36,056 nucleotides of DNA from a bacterium (GTDB lineage Bacteria; Patescibacteriota; Minisyncoccia; Moranbacterales; UBA2206), in NCBI GenBank assembly GCA_021779205.1, contig JAJYBE010000002.1, positions 1-36,056 on the forward strand, read 5' to 3'. The position numbers and the translations under genes were made by a program. The notes under the pieces are model-generated. The model did not search any database. It was given only the letters and a program-made list of their open reading frames with translations, and was not told the origin of the DNA. Shown piece by piece: positions 26,370 to 35,198 of this stretch. Positions within the stretch are counted from its first letter, which is position 1; every line of letters begins with the position of its first letter.

Positions 26370-27422
26370 ATGCAGAGTAAAAAAAATATTATTTTAAGTA
26401 TAATCTTGAGTTGCTTATATTCTCCCGGGAAATTGGCAAATCTGCTTAAGGTTTTTTGTTTTCCCAAAAAAAATAAAGTAAACTTTTCCCCCATTTTCGC
26501 CGATATTGAATCTACAATCTCTTGTAATTTAAATTGTGTGATGTGTCATAGGAAAGAATTGGTCGCGGGAAGAAGCAGCCTTAATTTAACATTGGTTCAA
26601 TTTCGAAAAATTATAGATAAATTGCCTTATGTTCTCAAGCTTAATCTGCAAGGAATGGGCGAGCCACTTCTTTCAAGGGATCTTTTTGAAATGATTAAGT
26701 ATGCCAAAAAGAAACGCATTTATGTTTCAACCGTAACTAACGGGATGCTGATGACTGAAGATCGAGCGCGAAAAACAATAGAATCCGGCTTGGATCGAAT
26801 ATATTTTTCTATTGATTCGGCAGATTCAAAAAATTATGCGAAATATCGAGTGAATGGAAAGCTTGATCAAGTGATTGATAATTTAAAAAAACTCGTTGAA
26901 TTAAAGAATAAAAATAAAAGCAAATTGCATATTGGAGTTTGGATGTTGCTTTTTAATAATAATATTGACCAGCTTATCCCGGTATTGAAATTGGTTAAGG
27001 AGGCAGGAGCCGATGAATTGATTGTTCAGTCGCATATTTCCTATCGAGGAAAAAATAATTGGAAAGAAAAAATAAATAATTTAAAAATTAAAGATAAAAA
27101 TAATGATGTTTTTATAAAATTGGAAGAGGCTAAAAAATTTGCCAAAGAAATAAAATTAAAATTTTCAATTCAAGCCGGTATGGGTGTTTTGAAACCTGAT
27201 GCGAAAAGTCTTTGTCAATGGCCATGGAAATCGATCTATATTGCTTCAAACGGAGATGTTTCGTCTTGTTGCATTGTTGCCGATCCCAAGGTTGCATATA
27301 TGGGAAATATCCTTAACCAAGAATTTTCTCAAATATGGAATGGAACAATGTATCAAAATTTAAGAAAATCTTTGCTTGATAAGGAGATTCCCGACTATTG
27401 CAAGGAATGTTATGGAAAATAA
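26370..27422 (+). CDS. Radical SAM protein with a SPASM/twitch domain
   Basis: CNLNCVMC, GMGEPLL, TNG, FSID; C-terminal CQWPW...NGDVSSCC...GNI...CKEC. Confidence 0.88.
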   Translation: MQSKKNIILSIILSCLYSPGKLANLLKVFCFPKKNKVNFSPIFADIESTISCNLNCVMCHRKELVAGRSSLNLTLVQFRKIIDKLPYVLKLNLQGMGEPLLSRDLFEMIKYAKKKRIYVSTVTNGMLMTEDRARKTIESGLDRIYFSIDSADSKNYAKYRVNGKLDQVIDNLKKLVELKNKNKSKLHIGVWMLLFNNNIDQLIPVLKLVKEAGADELIVQSHISYRGKNNWKEKINNLKIKDKNNDVFIKLEEAKKFAKEIKLKFSIQAGMGVLKPDAKSLCQWPWKSIYIASNGDVSSCCIVADPKVAYMGNILNQEFSQIWNGTMYQNLRKSLLDKEIPDYCKECYGK

Positions 27423-27459
27423 TACGAAGAATGTTTTTTATTATTTTAGTGCTTATCGT

Positions 27460-27487
27460 TTGACTAAAGCTTTTTTTGTGCTATGCT
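27460..27487 (+). promoter_or_regulatory. Probable sigma70 promoter
   Basis: TTGACT (27460-27465), 16 nt, TATGCT (27482-27487) with an extended TG. Confidence 0.45.
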
Positions 27488-27526
27488 GAATGGGTATTTT
27501 ATTTAGGGTTTATAAATTAAATAAAT

Positions 27527-27838
27527 ATGCTAAAAAAAAGAAAAAATTTAGATTTGGCGCTAAATTGCTCTGTTTGTTCATCTGTGTTTGATGATCAGCG
27601 AATTATTTTAGTTGGTGAGCGGGAAAATGGTACGATTTTTCATGCGACTTGTCAAAAATGTCTAACTTCGGCTTTGATTTTTCTTTCTCAGACGGAACAA
27701 GGCATGATGAGCATCGGAATGGTAACGGACATGAATGGTGTCGAGGTGCGTGATATATTTGGTAAAAAAGCGATTGATGCCGATGATGTATTGGAAATTT
27801 ATCGTATAACGCATAATAAAAAAACGGTTTTTGGGTAA
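27527..27838 (+). CDS. Small Zn-ribbon hypothetical protein
   Basis: CSVC and HATCQKC pairs; C-terminal IDADDVLEIY. Confidence 0.65.
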   Translation: MLKKRKNLDLALNCSVCSSVFDDQRIILVGERENGTIFHATCQKCLTSALIFLSQTEQGMMSIGMVTDMNGVEVRDIFGKKAIDADDVLEIYRITHNKKTVFG

Positions 27839-27901
27839 TTAATTTTTTAATCCGCTTGAGAGGTTTCATGTAATAATTGAAGCAGGTAGAGCGAAAAAAT
27901 A

Positions 27902-28582
27902 ATGGAAAAAATTTTATTGGAAGCATCCGGAAGGGATGTTTTAGGTAGAAAGACAAATAAGGGTAGGCGAGAAGGATTAATTCCGGCTGTTGTATATGGG
28001 CGGGGAATTGAGTCAAAAAATATTTGGGTTAGTGCATTGGATTTTAAGCGACTGGTTAGAAAGTCCGGAGAAAGCACGATAATCGATCTTAAAATCGACA
28101 AAAAAGACGATCGAAATGTTTTAATTTATGATACGCAAAAAGATCCAATCAGAGACAATTATATTCATATCGATTTTTTTCAAGTGAAAATGGATGAAGA
28201 GATTGAAACTGAAGTCGAATTGGAATATATTGGAGAATCTTTGGCGGTGAAGGCGGCTGGTGGAGTTTTGGTTAAAAGCTTGGATATGATTGAAGTGAAA
28301 TGTTTACCAGCAAACTTGCCTTCAAGTATAGAGGTGGATATTTCAGCTTTAAACACTTTTGAAGATCATATTTGTATTAAAGATTTAAAGATTTCCAAGC
28401 AGGTTAAGGTTATGGCTGATCCGGATACCGTAGTGGCATTGGTTGCTCCTCCGCGGTCGGAAAATGAATTATCGCAATTGGAAGATAAGATTGATGCTGA
28501 TGTTACCAAAGTCGATGGTGTAGTTAAGGCTGTTGAGCCTGAAAATGCTTCCGGCACAAAGGAAGAAAAAAAGAACAAATAG
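27902..28582 (+). CDS. rplY: 50S ribosomal protein bL25 (Ctc long form)
   Basis: RREGLIPAVVYG, QKDP...YIHIDF, AVKAAGGVL, CLPANLPSSIEVDIS. Confidence 0.95.
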   Translation: MEKILLEASGRDVLGRKTNKGRREGLIPAVVYGRGIESKNIWVSALDFKRLVRKSGESTIIDLKIDKKDDRNVLIYDTQKDPIRDNYIHIDFFQVKMDEEIETEVELEYIGESLAVKAAGGVLVKSLDMIEVKCLPANLPSSIEVDISALNTFEDHICIKDLKISKQVKVMADPDTVVALVAPPRSENELSQLEDKIDADVTKVDGVVKAVEPENASGTKEEKKNK

Positions 28583-28606
28583 AAGTCGGAATTTTTAGAA
28601 TTTTTC

Positions 28607-28639
28607 AAAAAACACTTCAAGAAACTGGAGTGTTTTTTT
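28607..28639 (+). terminator. Probable Rho-independent terminator after rplY
   Basis: AAAAAACACT...AGTGTTTTTTT stem with a T tract. Confidence 0.65.
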
Positions 28640-28642
28640 GAT

Positions 28643-28651
28643 TGTGGATAA
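28643..28651 (-). promoter_or_regulatory. Perfect DnaA box
   Basis: TGTGGATAA is the reverse complement of TTATCCACA, 28 nt upstream of the nrd -35. Confidence 0.65.
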
Positions 28652-28679
28652 CTCTGATTTTTCGCTTAAAATAAGTTGC

Positions 28680-28707
28680 TTGCCAAGTATTTTGCTTGTG
28701 GTATAAT
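28680..28707 (+). promoter_or_regulatory. nrdRDG promoter
   Basis: TTGCCA (28680-28685), 16 nt, TATAAT (28702-28707) with an extended TG. Confidence 0.75.
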
Positions 28708-28718
28708 CACAATTAGTT

Positions 28719-28734
28719 ACACTATATATAGTAT
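28719..28734. promoter_or_regulatory. NrdR box
   Basis: ACACTATATATAGTAT, one mismatch to the acaCwAtATaTwGtgt consensus, between the -10 and the nrdR ATG. Confidence 0.85.
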
Positions 28735-28749
28735 AAAATAATAAATATT

Positions 28750-29199
28750 ATGAATTGTCCTTTTTGCAACAATGCGGAAACGAAAGTCGTTGATTCGCGA
28801 GAAACCAACGAGGGAAAAATTACTCGGCGACGTCGCGAGTGTTTGAAATGTTCTTCTCGGTTTAGCACTTATGAAGAAATCGAACTTTTGCGCCTAAATG
28901 TCATTAAAAAAAATGGAACAAGAGCGGAGTATAATAAATTAAAGATTGAAACAGGAATAAGAAAGGCATTGGAAAAACGACCGATAAATGAAGAAAGAAT
29001 ATCTCAATTTATTGGAGAGATAGAGTATGAGATTCGCACAAAAGAAAAACCAGAGATAACTTCAAGAGAAATTGGAAAGATTATTCTTAAAAAGTTGCGG
29101 CTGTTGGATGAGGTGGCTTATGTGAGATTTGCCAGTGTCTACAAATCTTTCGGTAGCATTGAAAGTTTCAAAAAAGAATTAGATACATTTGATAAATAA
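28750..29199 (+). CDS. nrdR: Transcriptional repressor NrdR
   Basis: MNCPFC...TKVVDSR...RRRRECLKC..RFSTYE, ATP cone, LDEVAYVRFASVY. Confidence 0.97.
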   Translation: MNCPFCNNAETKVVDSRETNEGKITRRRRECLKCSSRFSTYEEIELLRLNVIKKNGTRAEYNKLKIETGIRKALEKRPINEERISQFIGEIEYEIRTKEKPEITSREIGKIILKKLRLLDEVAYVRFASVYKSFGSIESFKKELDTFDK

Positions 29200-29217
29200 A
29201 TTTTTTAAAAAAACCGT

Positions 29218-31401
29218 ATGAAAATTAAAAAGAAAAACAACAAAAAGAAGCAATCCGAAACATCAAGAGTAAGCGAAGCCAAAATTAAAAAAGTGATCAA
29301 GCGCGATGGAAAAATGGCTAAGTTTGATCAGCGTAAAATAACCAGTGGCATTCTTAAGGCGTTAGTTTCGACAAAAGAAGGCAAAGCGGAAGATGCCAAA
29401 AAAATAACTGAGAAAGTGGTAAGGTTGCTTTCCCAAAAACACAAAGAGGGATATGTTCCGGAGATTGAAGAAATTCAAGATTTAGTGGAAAGAGTTTTGA
29501 TGATTTTGGATTTTGAAGAAACGGCCAAGGCATATATACTTTATCGCGAACAACACAGAAAAAATCGTGAAGCGGAACAATCATTGGATGAAGCGGTTAA
29601 TTTAGTGGATAAATATATTCAAGGAATGGATTGGAAGGTTAAAGAAAATGCCAATATGGCATACTCTCTCCAAGGACTTAATAACTACATATCTTCCATT
29701 GTGAGTGCTAAATATTGGATGAATAGAGTTTATACAAAAGAAATTCGCCAAGCGCATGAAGGCGGTGATTTTCATATTCATGATTTGCAACTTCTGGCGG
29801 CTTATTGTTGCGGTTGGGATTTGCAAGATTTGTTGCGTCGCGGTTTTACGGGAGTGTCGGGAAAGGTGGCGTGTAAGCCAGCTAAACATCTGGGAGCAAT
29901 TCTCGGGCAAATGGTTAATTTTACCTATACGACTCAAGGTGAAGTGGCGGGAGCGCAAGCTTTTTCTAACTTTGACACATTATTGGCGCCATTTATTCGC
30001 TATGATAAATTGAATTATGATCAAGTTAAACAAGAAATTCAATCATATGTTTTCAATATGAATGTTTCTACGCGCGTGGGATTTCAAACGCCATTTTCCA
30101 ATATCACTATGGACATTACTTGTCCGAAAAATTTAGCAAAAGAAGTGGCAATCATTGGTGGAGTTCCGCAAAAAGAAACCTATGGAGAATTTCAAGAAGA
30201 AATGAATATGATTAATCGTGCTTTTGCGGAAGTGATGACAGAGGGCGATGCTAATGGCAGGATTTTTACTTTTCCCATTCCAACCTATAACATCGGCAAG
30301 GATTTTGATTGGAAAGACAAGCGGTTTGATGCGATTTGGGAGATGACGGCAAAATACGGTATTCCATATTTTGCTAATTTTATCAATTCAGATATGGATC
30401 CGGACGATGCTCGTTCAATGTGTTGTCGTTTGCGTTTGGATAATCGCGAACTGCATAAGCGCGGCGGCGGTTTATTCGGGGCTAATCCCTTAACCGGTTC
30501 GATAGGTGTTGTAACAATTAATTTGCCTCGCCTGGGTTATGTGGCGAAAAATAAAAAAGAATTTATTGAAAAACTTAATCGCTTAATGGATTTGGCAAAG
30601 GAAAGTTTGGAAACAAAAAGAATAATGGTGGAAAAATTAACCGAAGGAGGACTATATCCCTATACTAAATTTTATTTAGCGCCGATCAAGTTGCGTCGCG
30701 GACAATATTGGGCGAATCATTTTTCCACAATCGGTTTGATTGGAATGAATGAGGCGTTGCTAAATTTAATTGGAAAAGACATTACTACTTCGGCAGGACA
30801 AAAATTAGCTGAAGAAATTTTGATACATATGCGGGAAAGAATTATCGGATATCAAAAAGAAACTGATAATCTATATAATCTGGAAGCTACACCGGCAGAA
30901 GGCACGGCATATCGCTTGGCGAGAATGGATCAAAAAGATTATCCCGGAATTATTTTTGCCAACAATAAAAATGTGAAAGAAGATGGTGCTGAGCCGTATT
31001 ATACTAATTCCTCGCAACTGCCGGTTAATTTTACCGAAGATATTTTTGAGGCGTTGGATTTGCAGGATAATTTGCAAACAAAATATACCGGAGGAACAGT
31101 ATTGCATGGTTTTTTGGGTGAACGAATCTGGGATATTGAGATGACTAAAAAATTGGTTCGCAAAATTGCCGAAAATTATGCATTGCCTTATTTCACACTT
31201 ACTCCGACTTTCAGTATTTGTCCGGTGCATGGTTATCTTGAGGGAGAGCATCAATTCTGTCCAAAATGCGTGGTAGAGCAAAGAACGGAAATATATTCGC
31301 GCGTAGTGGGTTATATCCGTCCAATAGCTCAATGGAATGATGGAAAGCAAGCGGAATTTTCTGATCGCAAAGAATTTAGAGTGAAAAATAATAGTCGTTA
31401 A
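29218..31401 (+). CDS. nrdD: Anaerobic (class III) ribonucleoside-triphosphate reductase with an N-terminal ATP cone
   Basis: VIKRDG ATP cone, HIHDL, SMCCRL, NLEATPAE, CPVH..CPKC, glycyl-radical motif YSRVVGY. Confidence 0.95.
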   Translation: MKIKKKNNKKKQSETSRVSEAKIKKVIKRDGKMAKFDQRKITSGILKALVSTKEGKAEDAKKITEKVVRLLSQKHKEGYVPEIEEIQDLVERVLMILDFEETAKAYILYREQHRKNREAEQSLDEAVNLVDKYIQGMDWKVKENANMAYSLQGLNNYISSIVSAKYWMNRVYTKEIRQAHEGGDFHIHDLQLLAAYCCGWDLQDLLRRGFTGVSGKVACKPAKHLGAILGQMVNFTYTTQGEVAGAQAFSNFDTLLAPFIRYDKLNYDQVKQEIQSYVFNMNVSTRVGFQTPFSNITMDITCPKNLAKEVAIIGGVPQKETYGEFQEEMNMINRAFAEVMTEGDANGRIFTFPIPTYNIGKDFDWKDKRFDAIWEMTAKYGIPYFANFINSDMDPDDARSMCCRLRLDNRELHKRGGGLFGANPLTGSIGVVTINLPRLGYVAKNKKEFIEKLNRLMDLAKESLETKRIMVEKLTEGGLYPYTKFYLAPIKLRRGQYWANHFSTIGLIGMNEALLNLIGKDITTSAGQKLAEEILIHMRERIIGYQKETDNLYNLEATPAEGTAYRLARMDQKDYPGIIFANNKNVKEDGAEPYYTNSSQLPVNFTEDIFEALDLQDNLQTKYTGGTVLHGFLGERIWDIEMTKKLVRKIAENYALPYFTLTPTFSICPVHGYLEGEHQFCPKCVVEQRTEIYSRVVGYIRPIAQWNDGKQAEFSDRKEFRVKNNSR

Positions 31402-31414
31402 ATTTAAAAGATAG

Positions 31415-31447
31415 TAAGCCATTCCGCTTTCCAAGCGGAATGGCTTA
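31415..31447. other. Perfect 15-bp intercistronic hairpin between nrdD and nrdG
   Basis: TAAGCCATTCCGCTT-TCC-AAGCGGAATGGCTTA with no long T tract. Confidence 0.8.
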
Positions 31448-31458
31448 ATTTAAATAAT

Positions 31459-32163
31459 ATGCATATTTCTGGTCAACAAAAATTAACATTAATTGATTTT
31501 CCTGGACATTTGGCAACTACAATTTTTACCTCTGGTTGTAATTTTCGTTGCCCTTTCTGCCATAATCCGGAATTGGCTATGGGAAAGATTGAAAAAATAT
31601 CATCATCTGAATCTAAAAGTGAAACGGATTTTTTTAAATTTTTATCGGCACGCAAAGGAAAAATAGACGGTGTTTGCATTACCGGAGGAGAACCGACACT
31701 GCAACCTGGCTTAGTTGATTTTATTAAAAAAATAAAAGCGTGTGAATTTTTTGTAAAACTGGACACTAATGGGACAAGACCCGACGTGCTGAAATGCTTG
31801 TTAGATTTAAAATTATTGGATTTTGTAGCAATGGATATTAAGAATAGTCCGGAAAAATATAGTGAAACAGTTGGTGTGAATGTTGATGTTGAGAAAATAA
31901 AAGCCAGTGTTGAATTGATCAGGAATAGTTTTATTGATTATGAGTTTCGCACGACAGTCGTCCCGGGAATTCACGATTACGTTGATTTTTTAGCGATTGC
32001 AAATTGGCTGTCCGGATCCAAAGCGTATTATTTGCAAGAATACAGAGATGCGGTTATTTTGGATAGTAATTTAAGAAAAAAAACAAAAAATCAAAAAATT
32101 GATTTGGAAAAAATAAAACAAACTATCGAACATCATTTTCAAAAAATGGGAATCAGAAGCTAA
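31459..32163 (+). CDS. nrdG: Anaerobic RNR activating enzyme (radical SAM)
   Basis: LIDFPG, GCNFRCPFCHN, ITGGEPT, KLDTNG, MDIK, YEFRTT; follows nrdD. Confidence 0.92.
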   Translation: MHISGQQKLTLIDFPGHLATTIFTSGCNFRCPFCHNPELAMGKIEKISSSESKSETDFFKFLSARKGKIDGVCITGGEPTLQPGLVDFIKKIKACEFFVKLDTNGTRPDVLKCLLDLKLLDFVAMDIKNSPEKYSETVGVNVDVEKIKASVELIRNSFIDYEFRTTVVPGIHDYVDFLAIANWLSGSKAYYLQEYRDAVILDSNLRKKTKNQKIDLEKIKQTIEHHFQKMGIRS

Positions 32164-32175
32164 TCTTTTTTTATT

Positions 32176-32397
32176 ATGCGAATTTATCTTAAAGTTATTC
32201 CTCGCGCTTCCGTTAATAGTTTGGAAAAAATTAATGAAGGTGAGTATAAAGCGAAATTGACTGCTCCTCCAGTGGACGGGAAGGCTAATTTGGCTTTGAT
32301 CAAACTTTTGGCGGAATATTTCGGAGTTTCTAAAAGCGCCATAACAATTATCGGTGGAAAAACTGCTAGAATAAAAATAGTTGATGTGGATTTGTAA
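32176..32397 (+). CDS. DUF167/YggU-family protein
   Basis: LKVIPRA, TAPPVDGKAN..LI..LA..FGV.KS.I.I..G...R.K. Confidence 0.9.
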   Translation: MRIYLKVIPRASVNSLEKINEGEYKAKLTAPPVDGKANLALIKLLAEYFGVSKSAITIIGGKTARIKIVDVDL

Positions 32398-32445
32398 TTT
32401 TTTCTTGCAAGTGGCGTTATTTAGAAATTAAAGACGACGGGGCAC

Positions 32446-32474
32446 TTGTCAAAAAATAAAAAGAAGATTATACT
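32446..32474 (+). promoter_or_regulatory. Sigma70 promoter for the hydrogenase-4/Ehr-like operon
   Basis: TTGTCA (32446-32451), 17 nt, TATACT (32469-32474). Confidence 0.65.
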
Positions 32475-32592
32475 AATGAAGTAACAGAATCTTTAATTTG
32501 ATATAGGTTTTGGTTAGCTCATATTCTCGCAAGAATCGCCCGAATGTGTTTTGGTGCGGTTTGTTGCGTTTTTTGTTTTATTCAGTAAAAAA

Positions 32593-33144
32593 ATGTTCAA
32601 ATTATACTCAAAAATTTTTTCTACGCCAAGAACCGTAATTGATGCGGATGAATTAATTGTCGATAATGACATAGAAATAGTCGGAAAGCGTTTGACAAAA
32701 AAAATAAAAGATATTTTTCAAGGATCATTAGCTATTCGTGAAGTTGATGCGGGATCAACTAACGCTTGCGAGCAAGAATTAACAGCTTTGAGCAATGCTT
32801 ATTATGATGTTGAGAGATTTGGAATTCATTTTGTCGCATCTCCCAGGCATGCCGATATGCTTATGGTTACCGGAGCTGTTTCGCGTAATATGCGGCAAGC
32901 GCTAATAAAAACATATGAAGCAACACCTAATCCAAAAATTGTAGTAGCGGTAGGGGATGATGCGATTGATGGTGGAATATTCAAAGGCTCATACGCGGTT
33001 ATGGATGGTGTGGATAAGGTTATTCCTGTTGATTTTAAGATTCCTGGCGATCCACCTTCTCCAAAAACAATTATCAAGCATCTTCTGAAAATTCTTGATT
33101 TAGTTGAAAAGAAAAATAAAGAAAGAGTAAAAAGCATAGAGTAA
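32593..33144 (+). CDS. NuoB/HycG/HyfI-like small subunit of a group-4-hydrogenase-related (Ehr-type) complex with degenerate Fe-S motifs
   Basis: SLAIREVDAGS, YDVERFGIHFVASPRHAD, VTGAV, TYEATPNPK.VVAVG, IPG.PPSP. ATG 32593 preferred. Confidence 0.88.
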   Translation: MFKLYSKIFSTPRTVIDADELIVDNDIEIVGKRLTKKIKDIFQGSLAIREVDAGSTNACEQELTALSNAYYDVERFGIHFVASPRHADMLMVTGAVSRNMRQALIKTYEATPNPKIVVAVGDDAIDGGIFKGSYAVMDGVDKVIPVDFKIPGDPPSPKTIIKHLLKILDLVEKKNKERVKSIE

Positions 33145-33166
33145 GTTTTTTTTGTTTCAATATTAT

Positions 33167-35197
33167 ATGTTTAATTTCAGTTTTGTTCAAATGAATTTTT
33201 TTATGGCATTAGCGCTATTGTTTATTGGCGCATTCGGCTCATTATTAATGAGAAGAAATGATGTGTTAGCAAATTGGTGGAGTGGTGTAATGGCAATTTT
33301 TGCGGCTTGTTTTGGTTTGGTAGTGGCTATTTCGGTGCTATTCTTTGGAATGACTGCTAATTTTAGCGCCAATTCTACATTGCCGCTTTTGACTTTTTCT
33401 TTGAGAATTGACCCTCTTTCCGCCTTTTTTATTTTTATTATTTCATTGATTACAATCTTGGCGTCAGTTTATGGAATTGATTATGTAAGGCATTATTACG
33501 GAAAGTATAGCATCGGAACATTGGGATTTTTTTATAATTTATTTATTGCCGGAATGCTTCTTGTTGTAAGTGCTAACAATGCTTTATTTTTTTTGATTGC
33601 TTGGGAAATTATGTCTTGTGCTTCTTATTTTTTGGTTATTTTTGAAAACAAGGAGGTTGACAATGTGCGCGCCGGATCGCTTTATTTTATTATGACGCAT
33701 ATTGGCACAGCTTTTATCATGCTGGCATTTTTATTGCTTTATTCAGTTAGTGGTTCTTTTGATTTTACGATAATAAAAGAAAATTTAGTAACGATTTCAC
33801 CCGTAATGAAAAATATTATTTTTTTATTGATGCTGATCGGATTTGGTACTAAAGCAGGAATCATTCCCTTGCATATCTGGCTTCCTCGTGCCCATCCGGC
33901 TGCTCCGAGTCATGTCAGTGCTTTAATGTCCGGAGTCATGATTAAGACTGGAATTTATATGTTTATTCGTATTTTTATTGATACTTTGCCTGGCGTTCCA
34001 TTGTGGTGGGGCGAGTTGGTCTTGTTGATTGGCGCTATCTCTGCATTGGCGGGCGTCCTGTATGCGCTTACTGAACATGATATTAAAAGGCTTTTGGCAT
34101 ACCATAGTATTGAAAATATCGGAATCATTCTTTTGGGAGTGGGAAGTTCTTTGATTTTTTTAGCGCTTAACCTTAAGGAATTAGCGATATTAGCTTTAGC
34201 GGCGGCACTTTTCCATACACTGAATCATGCAATTTTTAAATCCCTACTTTTTATGGGTGCCGGTTCGGTTATTTCAAAAATGCATACTCGCAACATGGAA
34301 GAATATGGCGGCATAATTAAATATATGCCACAAACCGCCCTTTTCTTTTTAATTGGGTCATTAGCCATTTCCGCCTTACCTCCATTTAATGGATTTTTTA
34401 GCGAGTGGATGACATATCAATCTTTATTTTCCGGTATTGCTAATTTAAACAGTTCAGCTCAATGGATATTTATTTTGGCGGCTGGTTCGTTGGCTTTTAC
34501 TGGCGGATTGGCGGCGGCTTGTTTTGTTAAAGCTTTTGGAGCGATATTTTTGGCTCGTCCGCGCAATAAAAAGGTTGAACAAATAAAAGAATCCGGTGTG
34601 ATGTCGCGCATTGGCATGGGCATGTTGGCGATTTTTACTTTGATTTTTGGAGTTTTTGCCTATCCGATTTCAAGAACTATTTTAAACATTGCCGGTAGCT
34701 TGAATGTTTTTGACGCAAAAAAAATTGAAAACAGTTCAATTATTCAAAGAAAATTGGAAATCATTTCAATGCCGGTAATTTTTATAAGTATTGCGTGCGT
34801 GCTAATTTTGGTAATCGTTTTAATTTCTGCGTTAACGAAAAAAAGAAAAGTGCAAACTGGTTGCACATGGGATTGTGGGACTGAGCTTACTCCAAGAATG
34901 GAAATTACAGCAACCGGTTTTTCTCGCTCAATAGTGGTTATTTTTCGAGGAATTTTGCGTCCGACAAAGCAAAATACGATTGAATATCGTGATGCCGATA
35001 TGCGTTATTTTGCCAAGAAAAATCTAGTTAAATTGGAAGTTGAAGATTTTTGGGGAACACGCGTGTATTATCCGGCGCAAGCCTTGGTAACAAAAATATC
35101 TAATCGAGTTAAATTATTACAAAGTGGAAATATCAATACCTATATTTTATATATTTTTTTGACATTGTTATTATTGTTATTATTTTTAGTAATTTGA
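33167..35197 (+). CDS. hyfB: Hydrogenase-4 component B-like antiporter subunit (HyfB/NuoL/MrpA family)
   Basis: FLIAWEIMS, GTKAG.IPLHIWLP.AHPAAPSHVSALMSG, KRLLAYHSIENIG, NHAIFKSLLF, PPFNGFFSEW, WDCG. Start uncertain (33152, 33167 or 33191). Confidence 0.88.
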   Translation: MFNFSFVQMNFFMALALLFIGAFGSLLMRRNDVLANWWSGVMAIFAACFGLVVAISVLFFGMTANFSANSTLPLLTFSLRIDPLSAFFIFIISLITILASVYGIDYVRHYYGKYSIGTLGFFYNLFIAGMLLVVSANNALFFLIAWEIMSCASYFLVIFENKEVDNVRAGSLYFIMTHIGTAFIMLAFLLLYSVSGSFDFTIIKENLVTISPVMKNIIFLLMLIGFGTKAGIIPLHIWLPRAHPAAPSHVSALMSGVMIKTGIYMFIRIFIDTLPGVPLWWGELVLLIGAISALAGVLYALTEHDIKRLLAYHSIENIGIILLGVGSSLIFLALNLKELAILALAAALFHTLNHAIFKSLLFMGAGSVISKMHTRNMEEYGGIIKYMPQTALFFLIGSLAISALPPFNGFFSEWMTYQSLFSGIANLNSSAQWIFILAAGSLAFTGGLAAACFVKAFGAIFLARPRNKKVEQIKESGVMSRIGMGMLAIFTLIFGVFAYPISRTILNIAGSLNVFDAKKIENSSIIQRKLEIISMPVIFISIACVLILVIVLISALTKKRKVQTGCTWDCGTELTPRMEITATGFSRSIVVIFRGILRPTKQNTIEYRDADMRYFAKKNLVKLEVEDFWGTRVYYPAQALVTKISNRVKLLQSGNINTYILYIFLTLLLLLLFLVI

Positions 35198-35198
35198 T

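Noticed and set aside
30871..31434. 187-aa antisense ORF over nrdD, and the other shadow ORFs in the track (e.g. 27603-28016, 21192-21593, 16049-16450)
   Set aside because: They overlap well-supported genes and have no recognisable motifs.
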